64,000 nt of DNA, taken from an uncultured delta proteobacterium. GTDB lineage: Bacteria; Myxococcota_A; Polyangia; Polyangiales; Polyangiaceae. The notes under the pieces are model-generated. The model was not told where the DNA came from. It saw nothing but the letters and a program-made list of their open reading frames with translations, and did no database searches. The translations under genes and the position numbers were made by a program. The stretch is taken from the NCBI GenBank assembly GCA_963764075.1, contig CAVXQZ010000002.1:76915-140914 (forward strand). Direction: 5' to 3'. Positions 44,069 through 52,747 of the stretch are shown piece after piece. Each line of letters opens with the position of its first letter. Positions within the stretch are counted from its first letter, which is position 1.

Positions 44069-44998
44069 GTGTCCAGCAGGATTGTGGTCGCGTTCCGAAT
44101 GTCGTCGGCGGGAATGATCCCCGGGCCGGAAGGCAACTACCTGGCACGCGCGCGGTCGCTGTGTGTTCGCGGCGAAGAGCTCGGCGGCAGCCTCGTCGCG
44201 TGGGGCGCGACGCAGCTCGCGCTCGGGTGGGATTTCGACGCGATCGAAGACGCGGTGAAGTTCGCCACGAGCATCGGGGTGGAGGCCCTTTCCCCCGAGC
44301 GCGCGTGGGCGTGCGGACTGGCGGAAGGCGAAATCGAATCTCTTTCGCCGGATGGGGAAGGAATTCTGGCCTGGGGACCCGCTCTTCTCTCGGCCACCGC
44401 GCTTGCACAAGTCGCGCGGGCGGGGGAGGTGCTGATCGACGGAAATGTGCGGGCCTTGCGCGGAGGACTCCTGTCGCTCCGGGGTGTGCGTGACTCGGCC
44501 GACGTCGCCCAGAGCGTCCGCGGCTGGACGCTCGACCATGCGCAGCCCTGGACGCGGCCGGCTTCGGGAGACGAGAGAGCACCCGAGGACGACCCGACGC
44601 GGCGCGAGTCCGACGAAATGGCGACCGTCGTTTCCGTGGGCCGTGCGGTCGAGCCCTTGCGCGAAACGCTCGTCGCCAGAGTTCGCTCGCTCGCGCGGGG
44701 CGCGCAAAGCGCCGCCGCATTCGATTCTCTCGCGGCCATGAGGCGCGCGCGGGCGCTTGTCGAAGACGGACCGGCTCCCGCCCGGTGTCGGGCGTCGCTG
44801 GCGCTCGCGTTGACCTTATCGGTCGCCGGTCGGGTGGAAGAGGCGCTGCTCGAGGCGATGGACGCTCTGGCGAGAGCGCGCGAGGCGCACGACGCAAAGG
44901 CGATTGACGCCTGCATCGCGCTCCTCGCAAAGCTCTACGGCAGCGCCGGACACGTCGACGCGGCGACCGCACTGCGCGACACCGTCTCCCGAGCGTAG
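44069..44998 (+). CDS. hypothetical protein; the N-terminal half resembles a degenerate class III nucleotidyl-cyclase fold
   Basis: IVVAFRMSSAG...GGSLVAWGATQLALGWDF...ACGLAEGEIESL...WGPALLSATALAQVARAGEVLIDGN follows the cyclase-homology layout but lacks the metal-binding Asp pair. The C-terminal half is helical. Confidence 0.4.
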   Translation: MSSRIVVAFRMSSAGMIPGPEGNYLARARSLCVRGEELGGSLVAWGATQLALGWDFDAIEDAVKFATSIGVEALSPERAWACGLAEGEIESLSPDGEGILAWGPALLSATALAQVARAGEVLIDGNVRALRGGLLSLRGVRDSADVAQSVRGWTLDHAQPWTRPASGDERAPEDDPTRRESDEMATVVSVGRAVEPLRETLVARVRSLARGAQSAAAFDSLAAMRRARALVEDGPAPARCRASLALALTLSVAGRVEEALLEAMDALARAREAHDAKAIDACIALLAKLYGSAGHVDAATALRDTVSRA

Positions 44999-45078
44999 CG
45001 TCGCACCTCATACCCCCCCTCAGGTCCTCACCGCGGGTCGCCGCGCGGCGGGGCCCGAGCGGGGCGCGTTCTAATGTT

Positions 45079-46650
45079 GTGCGGCCCCCTGCCGTTCCCT
45101 CGATGGAGATGGTCAACGCAGCCGCTGTTTTCGATGCGAGCGAGCGCTCGGGTGCGCGACTCCGCCCTCTGCCGGCCCTCCCCCGGCCGGGTGACACCAT
45201 CGCAGGCAAGTACGCCCTTGTGGGTCTGATCGGCGAAGGCGGAATGGGAGTCGTGTTCGAAGCGACCCACCTTCGCCTAAAGCAGCGCGTGGCGATCAAA
45301 GTGCTGCGCCCCGACCTCCCCGAGTTCGAGACGGTGGTGGCCCGCTTCGAGCGCGAGGCGCGGGCCGCCGCCCAGCTCCAGTCCATTCACACCGCCCGCG
45401 TCATCGACGTCGACGTCCTGCCGAACGGCCTACCCTACATCGTCCTCGAGTTCCTCGAGGGACGCGACCTCGATGCCGAGCTCGAAGCGACCGGACCGAT
45501 GGCGGTCGAGGACGCGGTCGACATCGTGCGGCAGGTGACCGACGCGATGTCCGAGGCCCACTCTCTCGGCATCGTCCACCGCGACCTCAAGCCTTCGAAC
45601 CTGTTCGTATGCCGCGTGGGCGAGCGCGGGCGGCGCGTCGTCAAGGTGCTCGACTTCGGGATTTCGAAGACCGAGAGCGAAGATTCGCGCTTGACGCCCA
45701 CGCACGAATACTTCGGGACGCCGTATTACGCGGCCCCGGAGCAGCTTCGGGCCGCCTGCTCGGCCGACGCGCGAAGCGACGTGTGGTCACTCGGCTCGAT
45801 TCTCTTCGAGCTTCTCACCGGCCGGACGCCGTTCGTCGGATCGCCGACGTCGGTCATCGCCAAAGTGGTCACCGAGCCCGTCCCGTGGCCGACCGAGCTT
45901 CGTCCCGAGCTACCGCGGGACCTGGCCCGCGTCGTGATGCGAGCGCTCCAGCGCGACCCTCGCCAGCGTTACCAGAGCATGCGCGAGCTCGGGCACGCGC
46001 TCGAGCCCTTTGGCCCCAAACAGAGCATCGCGGAAGCGGTGGCCGAGGCGCCGCGTGGGCGAGGCAAGCTCGGAGAAATCCTAGTGACCGAAGGCCTGCT
46101 CACCGGGGCCGACCTGGAGCGAGCCCTGACCGAGCAGCGCCGGAGCGGCAAGTTACTCGGCCGCGTCCTGCTCGACCTGCGTCTCGTGTCCCAAGTCAAT
46201 CTCTTGACCGCGCTCGCGAAGCAGCAAGGCGTGATTGTGACCCCGGAAACGCCGAGCCCCATCGAGCGAGATTGGCGCGAGCGCGAGGCCCAGACGACCC
46301 CGCCCGCGAGCGACGCGCCTCGGTCGCCCGCCTGGTGGCGACAGCGTTGGATTGTCGCCGCGCTCCTGGGGATAGCCGTAGTCTTTGGGGCAGCCGCGGG
46401 CCTGGCTGCCGCCCTGAGCTCGGGCGCCAAAGCTACCGGTCTTGTCGCCGTGGCCCCGGCGCATCCCGTCGCGCCGGTCACGCTTGCTCCCGCCGGCTCC
46501 GGCGCCGCGTTGGCGGAGATCCCTGGCGTGGCCGCCCCGACGGGGACGGTGGTCTCGGGGACGACGCCGACCTCGGCGCTGCCCCGCCCGTCGCGCGGCC
46601 GCGGGTCGGCGCCGCGCTCGCGAGAGGCGTTCGAGCCCACGGGCATCTGA
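45079..46650 (+). CDS. Ser/Thr protein kinase with an MshEN-like domain, one TM segment and a Pro/Ala-rich tail
   Basis: GEGGMGVVFEA...VAIKVL...HRDLKPSNLFV...DFGISK...YAAPE. aa 329-383 read KLGEILVTEGLLTGADLERALTEQ...KLLGRVLLDLRLVSQVNLLTALAKQ. TM segment WIVAALLGIAVVFGAAAGLAAAL. Confidence 0.9.
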   Translation: MRPPAVPSMEMVNAAAVFDASERSGARLRPLPALPRPGDTIAGKYALVGLIGEGGMGVVFEATHLRLKQRVAIKVLRPDLPEFETVVARFEREARAAAQLQSIHTARVIDVDVLPNGLPYIVLEFLEGRDLDAELEATGPMAVEDAVDIVRQVTDAMSEAHSLGIVHRDLKPSNLFVCRVGERGRRVVKVLDFGISKTESEDSRLTPTHEYFGTPYYAAPEQLRAACSADARSDVWSLGSILFELLTGRTPFVGSPTSVIAKVVTEPVPWPTELRPELPRDLARVVMRALQRDPRQRYQSMRELGHALEPFGPKQSIAEAVAEAPRGRGKLGEILVTEGLLTGADLERALTEQRRSGKLLGRVLLDLRLVSQVNLLTALAKQQGVIVTPETPSPIERDWREREAQTTPPASDAPRSPAWWRQRWIVAALLGIAVVFGAAAGLAAALSSGAKATGLVAVAPAHPVAPVTLAPAGSGAALAEIPGVAAPTGTVVSGTTPTSALPRPSRGRGSAPRSREAFEPTGI

Positions 46651-46809
46651 GTCCGAGGCCGAGGCCGGGGGCGCTTCCGGGACCGTTGCAACCGCGGGCC
46701 GACCGCGCGACTGCGCCGCCATTGGCGGCCGCCGCCGACGGGTGTGGGCGGTTTTCCGGTATGCGCCGCGGCACCCGCACCCGGCGTGCTCCTTGCCACT
46801 CAAGCGCAC

Positions 46810-48183
46810 ATGAGTCCTCGCAGCGTGCGCTTCGTCCTGGTCAGCTCGTTTCTCTCCGCCGGGGCGGCGAGCTGTTCGCTGCGCGTGGGATCGGGCGGTC
46901 CGCCGCCGAGTGCCGACCAGGGCAATGGGCAGGTGTTCGGGACGTCGGCGTGCGCACGGGTCGGAGCGGAGACCAAGCTTGCATTCGGTGCGGGCGCGGA
47001 CGCCTTCGCGTTTGCGTGGGACACCGATCATTACGTCGTCGTCTATCCAGACTCCGCCACCGGCGACATCTTTGCGGGCACGATTGCGGCCGACGGCACA
47101 GCGATGGGTTCGCCTGTCAATGTGCAAGCCACCCCAGCGAAGGGCGACTTGCCGAGCATTCTCAAGACCACCGACGGCTATGTGGTGGCCTGGCAAGAAA
47201 ACTCGGCTGGAAACGCGGTCGTAGCGCATGCCCTGAACCTCAGCGCCCAACCGGTAGGGGAGGGCGTCACAGTCGCGACGACACAATTGCAGCAGCCGCG
47301 GCCCGTGCTGGCGCACGCCCCGGGAGGCAACATTGTCGTGGCGTGGATGGACCAATTTAGCGATGGAGGCCAAGGCGTAGAACTCGCGAGCCTCAATCCG
47401 TCGTCGCTAGAGGTGCAAGTCTCGCAGCGCCTGGTGTTGACGGACGTGGCCGGCTGGCCATGGCTCGCAGGCGACGATCAGGTCCTCGGACTGGCGTGGC
47501 TCGACCAAGGGACCGAATCGAATGGCAACCCCAACTACGATATTGGCTTCGCGCCGATGGACCCACAGAGCCTCGTGCCGACTTCGCAGGGGTCCCTTCG
47601 CGGTCGCGCGACGTCGGCTGCCGCATTGCCGCGAATGGTTCGGACGAACGCGGGCTTTCTTGCCGCGTGGGAAGACATGCGGACAAGCGACAACGAGATC
47701 TTCATGTCGCTCGTCGACACCAGCGGAAATCACATCGGCGGGGGGTTGGTCGAAGAGCCCAACACGGGCGACGCCAACTGGCCGAACATGGCGTGGACGG
47801 GGGAATCGGCCGCAGTCGTCTACTATCAGTGGCGCGACAACCGCCCCCAGATTTTCATCACGTTCGTCGACGGCACCGGGGCGCGGGTAGGCGGTCTCCA
47901 CGATTTGCAGGTTTCGAACGGCACGGCCGGGACGTCGAAGTATCCGGACGTCGTTTGGACGGGGACCGAGTTCGGCGTCATGTACGTCGACACGCGAGAC
48001 GGACCCGCCGGGCTTTGGTTTCAGCAGGTCTCGTGTCGAACCGCGTCCACGTCGACCTCCACGTCCACGTCGACCCCCACGTCCACGTCGACCCCCACGT
48101 CCACGTCGACCCCCACGTCCACGTCGACCCCCACGTCCACGTCGACCTCCACGTCCACGTCGACCTCCACATCGGCGGGATAA
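46810..48183 (+). CDS. secreted lipoprotein-like protein with beta-propeller-like repeats and a Thr/Ser/Pro repeat tail
   Basis: Signal FLSAGAASCS, recurring ...VVAW... strand motifs, and a C-terminal (TSTSTP)n tail. Confidence 0.6.
   Translation: MSPRSVRFVLVSSFLSAGAASCSLRVGSGGPPPSADQGNGQVFGTSACARVGAETKLAFGAGADAFAFAWDTDHYVVVYPDSATGDIFAGTIAADGTAMGSPVNVQATPAKGDLPSILKTTDGYVVAWQENSAGNAVVAHALNLSAQPVGEGVTVATTQLQQPRPVLAHAPGGNIVVAWMDQFSDGGQGVELASLNPSSLEVQVSQRLVLTDVAGWPWLAGDDQVLGLAWLDQGTESNGNPNYDIGFAPMDPQSLVPTSQGSLRGRATSAAALPRMVRTNAGFLAAWEDMRTSDNEIFMSLVDTSGNHIGGGLVEEPNTGDANWPNMAWTGESAAVVYYQWRDNRPQIFITFVDGTGARVGGLHDLQVSNGTAGTSKYPDVVWTGTEFGVMYVDTRDGPAGLWFQQVSCRTASTSTSTSTSTPTSTSTPTSTSTPTSTSTPTSTSTSTSTSTSTSAG
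48046..48174. repeat. 18-bp tandem repeat array (about 7 units) encoding TSTSTP/TSTSTS
   Basis: acgtccacgtcgacc(c/t)cc is reiterated. It also generates spurious VDVDV/WGSTWT ORFs on the opposite strand. Confidence 0.9.
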
Positions 48184-48244
48184 GGTCGCGCTCGGGGGCT
48201 CAGACTGGGCGGTACACGAACTTTGCATACCTCGGTCGTCACCC

Positions 48245-48619
48245 ATGGAAAGCGATCAAGAACTATCGACCGTGCGTCTGATGCAAGAAGCGCTCGACGA
48301 AGCGCGCGAGCTCACGCGTCTCGAAGTCGCGCTCGCACGCCAAGAAGTCATGGCCGAGCTCCGGCAGGTCCAATCGAGCGCGATCGCGTTCGGCGGCTCG
48401 GCCGCCGCGGTTTTGGCCGCTTTCATCATGTGCATGGTGGCCATCGCCCTCGCGTTCTCCGCGCCTTGGGCGGCTGCGCTCGTCATCGCGGCCGTTCTCC
48501 TTTGCATCGGCGGCGCGCTCGGCGTTGCCGCTTTTCGGTCGCTGCCAGCAAAGCCCTTGGCGAAGACGAAGCAGCGCATCGAAGAAGACATGAAGCTTCT
48601 AAAGGAGCGGAGCGCATGA
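48245..48619 (+). CDS. holin-X / phage-holin-family-like small membrane protein
   Basis: 124 aa: an N-terminal amphipathic helix, two TM helices (AIAFGGSAAAVLAAFIMCMVAIALAF, AAALVIAAVLLCIGGALGVAAF) and a basic tail. Confidence 0.55.
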   Translation: MESDQELSTVRLMQEALDEARELTRLEVALARQEVMAELRQVQSSAIAFGGSAAAVLAAFIMCMVAIALAFSAPWAAALVIAAVLLCIGGALGVAAFRSLPAKPLAKTKQRIEEDMKLLKERSA

Positions 48620-49059
48620 GCGGCAACCCAAAGTCCCGAGAAGAGCTGACGGAGGAGGCGGAGCAAGTGAGGTCCAAGCTGCTCCGCACGGTCGGCGAGC
48701 TCGATGATCGCCGTCACGGAGCGATTGCCTTCCGAAAGCAGCTCGAGCGCTACGCGCGAAACATCGCCATCGCAGGGGGGCTCCTCCTCGTCGTGACAGC
48801 GGGCGCGCTTGTGCTCGGGGTCAACCGCCTGACCTCTGCCGCCGACCGCCGCCGCCGCGGTCGCTGGCACCTCGCAAAGTCACTCTGGTCGCACCCGGAG
48901 CGCGGCCTGCGCGGCGAACGGCGCTCGTTCTTCGGCGAGATCGTCCGTTCGCTGCTCCTGTCGATCGCAAGCGCGGGTGTCACGTTTCCCGTGCGCCACT
49001 TCGCCGCGCAGCTGGAGCGGAGCGCTCGCGCACCGCGCCGCCGCCAAAGCGAGCGCTGA
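48616..49059 (+). CDS. DUF3618-like membrane-anchored protein
   Basis: The ATG at 48616 overlaps the upstream stop (ATGA). Sequence MSGNPKSREELTEEAEQVRSKLLRTVGELDDR... with one TM helix. Confidence 0.5.
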   Translation: MSGNPKSREELTEEAEQVRSKLLRTVGELDDRRHGAIAFRKQLERYARNIAIAGGLLLVVTAGALVLGVNRLTSAADRRRRGRWHLAKSLWSHPERGLRGERRSFFGEIVRSLLLSIASAGVTFPVRHFAAQLERSARAPRRRQSER

Positions 49060-49156
49060 GGCCTCGCTCCGTCACGCGGGTTTCGAGACCACTCGTTGAC
49101 AAGCCGCGGATGCGACACAAACTGTCGAGTGCGCGCGGCCATGTGCCCGCGCCCGC

Positions 49157-49175
49157 GCGTGACATTCCGTCACGC
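49157..49175 (+). promoter_or_regulatory. inverted repeat GCGTGAC-ATTCC-GTCACGC upstream of the CpxP/Spy-like gene (candidate operator)
   Basis: It lies 50 nt upstream of the ATG at 49225. Its reverse complement GTGACGGAATGTCAC matches 21063-21077 apart from one extra A. An extra half-site TCCGTCACGC is at 49068-49077. Confidence 0.35.
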
Positions 49176-49224
49176 TCGGTAGCGCCCGCCGAGAGCGAAA
49201 CCGCCTCGGCGAGGAGGTAACGAC

Positions 49225-49713
49225 ATGCATCCGGGAATGTTTTGGTGGCACGGACACCGTCGCGCCGCGTGCGGCGAGGGCGGGACGGATTGGCACGCGG
49301 GGCCGTTCGGCGGTCGGGGGTTTTCGGGGCCGTTCGGCGGCGGCGGCGGAGATGGCGAGCCGTTCGGAGGTGGCAGCTTCGGCGTGCGCCGTCCCTTGCG
49401 GTTCCTTGCGTACAAGCTCGATCTCGACGAAAAACAGGTGACCGAGCTGGCGGCGATCCTCCACGAGTTGAAGACCGAGCGAGCCCAGGCCGAGGTCGAC
49501 TATCGGCGGACCACGTCTGCCTTGGCCGACGCGGTTGCGAGTGAATCGTTCGACGAGAGCAAGGCGCAGGCGGCCGCGGGCGAACGGGTGAAGAGCACCG
49601 AGCGTGTCCAAGCGGCCGTTTCGCGAGCGCTCGGGCGTATCCACGCCGTCCTTCGGCAGGAGCAACGGACGAAGCTCGCGTATCTGCTTCGCACCGGCGC
49701 CCTGTCGATGTAA
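49225..49713 (+). CDS. Spy/CpxP/ZraP-like periplasmic stress protein
   Basis: Gly-rich N-terminal region followed by helical LDLDEKQVTELAAILHELKTERAQAEVDYRR... A GAGGAGG Shine-Dalgarno sequence is 8 nt upstream. Confidence 0.5.
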   Translation: MHPGMFWWHGHRRAACGEGGTDWHAGPFGGRGFSGPFGGGGGDGEPFGGGSFGVRRPLRFLAYKLDLDEKQVTELAAILHELKTERAQAEVDYRRTTSALADAVASESFDESKAQAAAGERVKSTERVQAAVSRALGRIHAVLRQEQRTKLAYLLRTGALSM

Positions 49714-49727
49714 GCGCGGAGGACCGA

Positions 49728-49764
49728 GAGGATCAGGAAGGGCCGCGAGGCTTTCCTGATCCTC
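49728..49764 (+). terminator. 12-bp-stem hairpin after the CpxP-like gene
   Basis: GAGGATCAGGAA-N13-TTCCTGATCCTC, 15 nt after the TAA stop. No U-tract. Confidence 0.4.
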
Positions 49765-49810
49765 CGGGCGCCCGTCCCTTCGCCTTCAGAAGTGCTACAA
49801 GGCGCGGGCC

Positions 49811-50821
49811 GTGAAATTCGTCGATTCGTGCGAAGTGAGGGTCGTCGGCGGCGACGGCGGCAATGGGTGCATCGCGTTCCGCCGCGAGAAGTACGAGCCT
49901 CACGGCGGCCCCTCGGGGGGCGACGGAGGAAGGGGCGGCAACGTCATCTTCGTTGGGGACGAGGGCAAGACGACGCTGCTCGACGTGGCGCTGACTCGCG
50001 TTCTTCAAGCGGAGCGTGGCGAGCACGGTCGCGGAAAAGACCAATACGGTCGAGGGGGAAAAGATCTGGTCGTGCGCGTGCCGGTGGGAACGCAGGGATT
50101 CGACGTCGCCACGAGCGAGCGAGTGTTCGATGTCGACGCGGGGGACAAAGAGGTCGTAATCGCGCGAGGCGGTCGCGGCGGCCGCGGAAACATTCACTTC
50201 GCGACGCCGTTCGACAGGGCCCCGCGGCGCGCCGAACCCGGCGAGCCGGGCGAGAGCAGGACGCTGCGTCTCGAGCTGAAAGTGATGGCCGACGCCGGCC
50301 TCCTCGGCTTTCCGAACGTCGGCAAGAGCACCTTCGTGAGCACAGTGTCGCGCGCGCGGCCCAAAGTCGCTGATTATCCATTTACGACGCTCGTGCCCCA
50401 CTTGGGAGTCGTCGCGGTGGGAGAAGAATCGAACTTCGTGCTCGCGGACATTCCGGGTCTGATTCCCGGAGCGGCGCAAGGTGCGGGGCTGGGTATTCGC
50501 TTTCTCAAGCACGTGGAGCGCACCCGCGGCCTCCTTCACCTCGTTTCGGTCGACGCCGGCGTAGGGCGCGAACCGCTGGCGGATTTCGACGCGATCAACG
50601 CGGAACTGATGAAGTTCGATCCTCGGCTCGCCGCGCGACCGCAAATCGTGGCAATGAGCAAGGGCGACTTGCCCGAGGTCCGCGAGGTATGGGCGAAGTC
50701 AAGGGACGCGTTCGCCGCGCGCGGCATCGATCTCAAGCTCGTGTCCGCGGCGACGGGCGAAGGTGTCCGCGAGGTCATCGTGGCGTTGTGGAAGCTTCTG
50801 GGAAGGGGCAGCGACGGATGA
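49811..50821 (+). CDS. obg: GTPase Obg/CgtA
   Basis: MKFVDSCEVRVVGGDGGNGCIAFRREKYEPHGGPSGGDGGRGGNV...GFPNVGKST...DIPGLI. Confidence 0.95.
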   Translation: MKFVDSCEVRVVGGDGGNGCIAFRREKYEPHGGPSGGDGGRGGNVIFVGDEGKTTLLDVALTRVLQAERGEHGRGKDQYGRGGKDLVVRVPVGTQGFDVATSERVFDVDAGDKEVVIARGGRGGRGNIHFATPFDRAPRRAEPGEPGESRTLRLELKVMADAGLLGFPNVGKSTFVSTVSRARPKVADYPFTTLVPHLGVVAVGEESNFVLADIPGLIPGAAQGAGLGIRFLKHVERTRGLLHLVSVDAGVGREPLADFDAINAELMKFDPRLAARPQIVAMSKGDLPEVREVWAKSRDAFAARGIDLKLVSAATGEGVREVIVALWKLLGRGSDG

Positions 50822-50916
50822 CGCGCGGCGCCTCGAAGCGGGGCGCCGGGACCCACGCAGCGGCGCCCGCGATCGGGCACGGTCCATGCTCGTGACGGGA
50901 GCTTGGAGGTTCCGAT

Positions 50917-51168
50917 ATGCCGCACGATCCCGAGAACAAGGCGCCCGAGCCCGAGAAGGATGAGGCGCGAACCGATCCCGAGCTGCAGAACGAGGGGGAA
51001 GGCAGCCGTACCGCCGCACGGCGCTATGACCAAGGGGTAGAGGAAGCGGGCAAGGACCAGAAGCACGTCGAGCAGCTGGCAAAAGAGGCGGCCGAGGCGC
51101 TCGACGGGCCGGAAGGGGAGGAACTTCGCAAGGCCGAGGAGCGCGGCAAGCGTCACGAACACAAGTAA
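50917..51168 (+). CDS. small hydrophilic protein (83 aa)
   Basis: GGAGG lies 8 nt upstream of the ATG. The protein is charged, Glu/Lys-rich and looks disordered. No family recognised. Confidence 0.5.
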   Translation: MPHDPENKAPEPEKDEARTDPELQNEGEGSRTAARRYDQGVEEAGKDQKHVEQLAKEAAEALDGPEGEELRKAEERGKRHEHK

Positions 51169-51416
51169 GGTGGGAAGCTGCGCTCCTTCCCGCGGCCAAG
51201 CGCCGCGGCGGAGCGTGAACAAGGATGAAACGCGAGGGCGCCGAGAAGTCGTCTAGGGCAGCGCCGTCGAGCGGCTCGCGATAGCGAGCGCCATCGCCGA
51301 AGGCGATTGCTCGTATCTCGACGGCGGTGCACTGGCGCCCCCCGCCACCGTTTGCTGCCTCGTGGCGGAGGGGGTGGTATCGTAGCGAGATTGCCTCTCC
51401 CTCCCGACGCCGCCAC

Positions 51417-52718
51417 ATGAGAACAGTGAGGCTCGCGGGGCCACTCGCATCGTGCGCCCTAGGGGTCGCGGCAGCGTGCGGTGCGGGCGATGCCACCTCG
51501 GGAAACGGCGACGCCGGCAGTGCGGGCGATGCCATCTCGGGAAACGGCAATGACGGCGGTGCCCGTGGCGCCATGTCCAGTGACGCGGCGATCTTCGCAG
51601 ATTCTTCCGAGGCAGGCGACGACGAAGCCGCGATGGACTCGGGAGTTCGGGAGACGGCGATTGCTGTGTCCACGGGCGCTACCACTGTTTGCGCGCTCAC
51701 GTCGAGCGGCGGAGTCGAGTGCTGGGGCTTCCAGCTCGGAAGCGCCGCGACGGGGACATTCCGCTCGGTACGCGAGCCCATCGCTGGCCTCGAGAGCGGC
51801 GTGGCGGCCATATCCGTGGGTGCGGTTTCCGCGTGCGCACTCACGACAGCCGGAGCGGTCGAGTGCTGGGGTGACAACACGAACGGTTTGCTCGGGAACG
51901 ATTCGGTGGATGGTTCGAGCACGGTTCCCGTACCCGTCGGCGGTCTCGCAGGTGCCGTGACGGCTATCTCCGTCGGACAATCTTCCGCCTGCGCCCTCAC
52001 GGCGAGCGGAGCGGTCGAGTGCTGGGGAGACAACACGAGCGGTTTGCTCGGGAACGACTCGGTGGATGGTTCGAGCACGGTTCCCGTACCGGTCAGCGGC
52101 ATCGCGAGCGGCGTGACAGCCGTTTCTGTCGGGCAGTCCTTCGCATGCGCACTCGCAAGCGGCGGAGCCCTGTGCTGGGGCAGCAACTATCCGTCTGGCC
52201 TCGGGAGCAACTCGGCGGCCTCCGGCACCGCGGTTCTTCCCATGCCCGTCACCGGACTCGGGGCGGGCGTCACCGCGATCGTCGTGGGCGGCACCTCCGG
52301 CTGCGCCCTTGTCGAAAGCGGAGGAGTCCAGTGCTGGGGAACCATCACGCAAGTCGGCACGTTCGTGAGCGTTCCGGACATTCCCGTGCCGGTCACGGGT
52401 TTGTCGAACGGTGCGACCTCCTTGGCCGTAGGAGGTCAATTCGCCTGCGCTCTGAGCGCGAGCGGAGTCCAGTGCTGGGGCGACACGCCCGTTTTGGGCG
52501 CCGAGTTTCCGACTTACCCTCCCGTGGCCGTCGCGGGACTCCCGGGCCCCGTGAAGGCCCTCTCGGCGGGACCGTCCACGGCGTGTGCGCTCATGGCGAG
52601 CGGAGGGATAGAGTGCTGGGGGGACAATTCGAGCGGTCAGCTCGGGAACGGCTCCGCCGTAGATTGGAGTTCGGTTCCAGTTGCGGTGACGGGGTTCGCC
52701 GGCGCGAACAAGCCGTGA
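51417..52718 (+). CDS. RCC1-repeat (beta-propeller) secreted lipoprotein
   Basis: Lipobox LGVAAACGAG. At least seven blades of the type ACALTxxGxVECWGDNxxGQLG. Confidence 0.85.
   Translation: MRTVRLAGPLASCALGVAAACGAGDATSGNGDAGSAGDAISGNGNDGGARGAMSSDAAIFADSSEAGDDEAAMDSGVRETAIAVSTGATTVCALTSSGGVECWGFQLGSAATGTFRSVREPIAGLESGVAAISVGAVSACALTTAGAVECWGDNTNGLLGNDSVDGSSTVPVPVGGLAGAVTAISVGQSSACALTASGAVECWGDNTSGLLGNDSVDGSSTVPVPVSGIASGVTAVSVGQSFACALASGGALCWGSNYPSGLGSNSAASGTAVLPMPVTGLGAGVTAIVVGGTSGCALVESGGVQCWGTITQVGTFVSVPDIPVPVTGLSNGATSLAVGGQFACALSASGVQCWGDTPVLGAEFPTYPPVAVAGLPGPVKALSAGPSTACALMASGGIECWGDNSSGQLGNGSAVDWSSVPVAVTGFAGANKP
51852..52090 (+). repeat. near-identical 83-nt segments 156 bp apart (a recent blade duplication inside the RCC1 gene)
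   Basis: 51852-51934 and 52008-52090 differ at 3 positions. Confidence 0.9.
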
Positions 52719-52747
52719 CCGCGGGCACCAAAGTCGAGGAATGCGTC

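Noticed and set aside
47978-48242. Minus-strand ORFs encoding WRSTWTWGSTWT... and VDVDVGVDVDV... repeats.
   Set aside because: They are the reverse-complement reading of the 18-bp (TSTSTP)n array at the end of the plus-strand secreted-protein gene.
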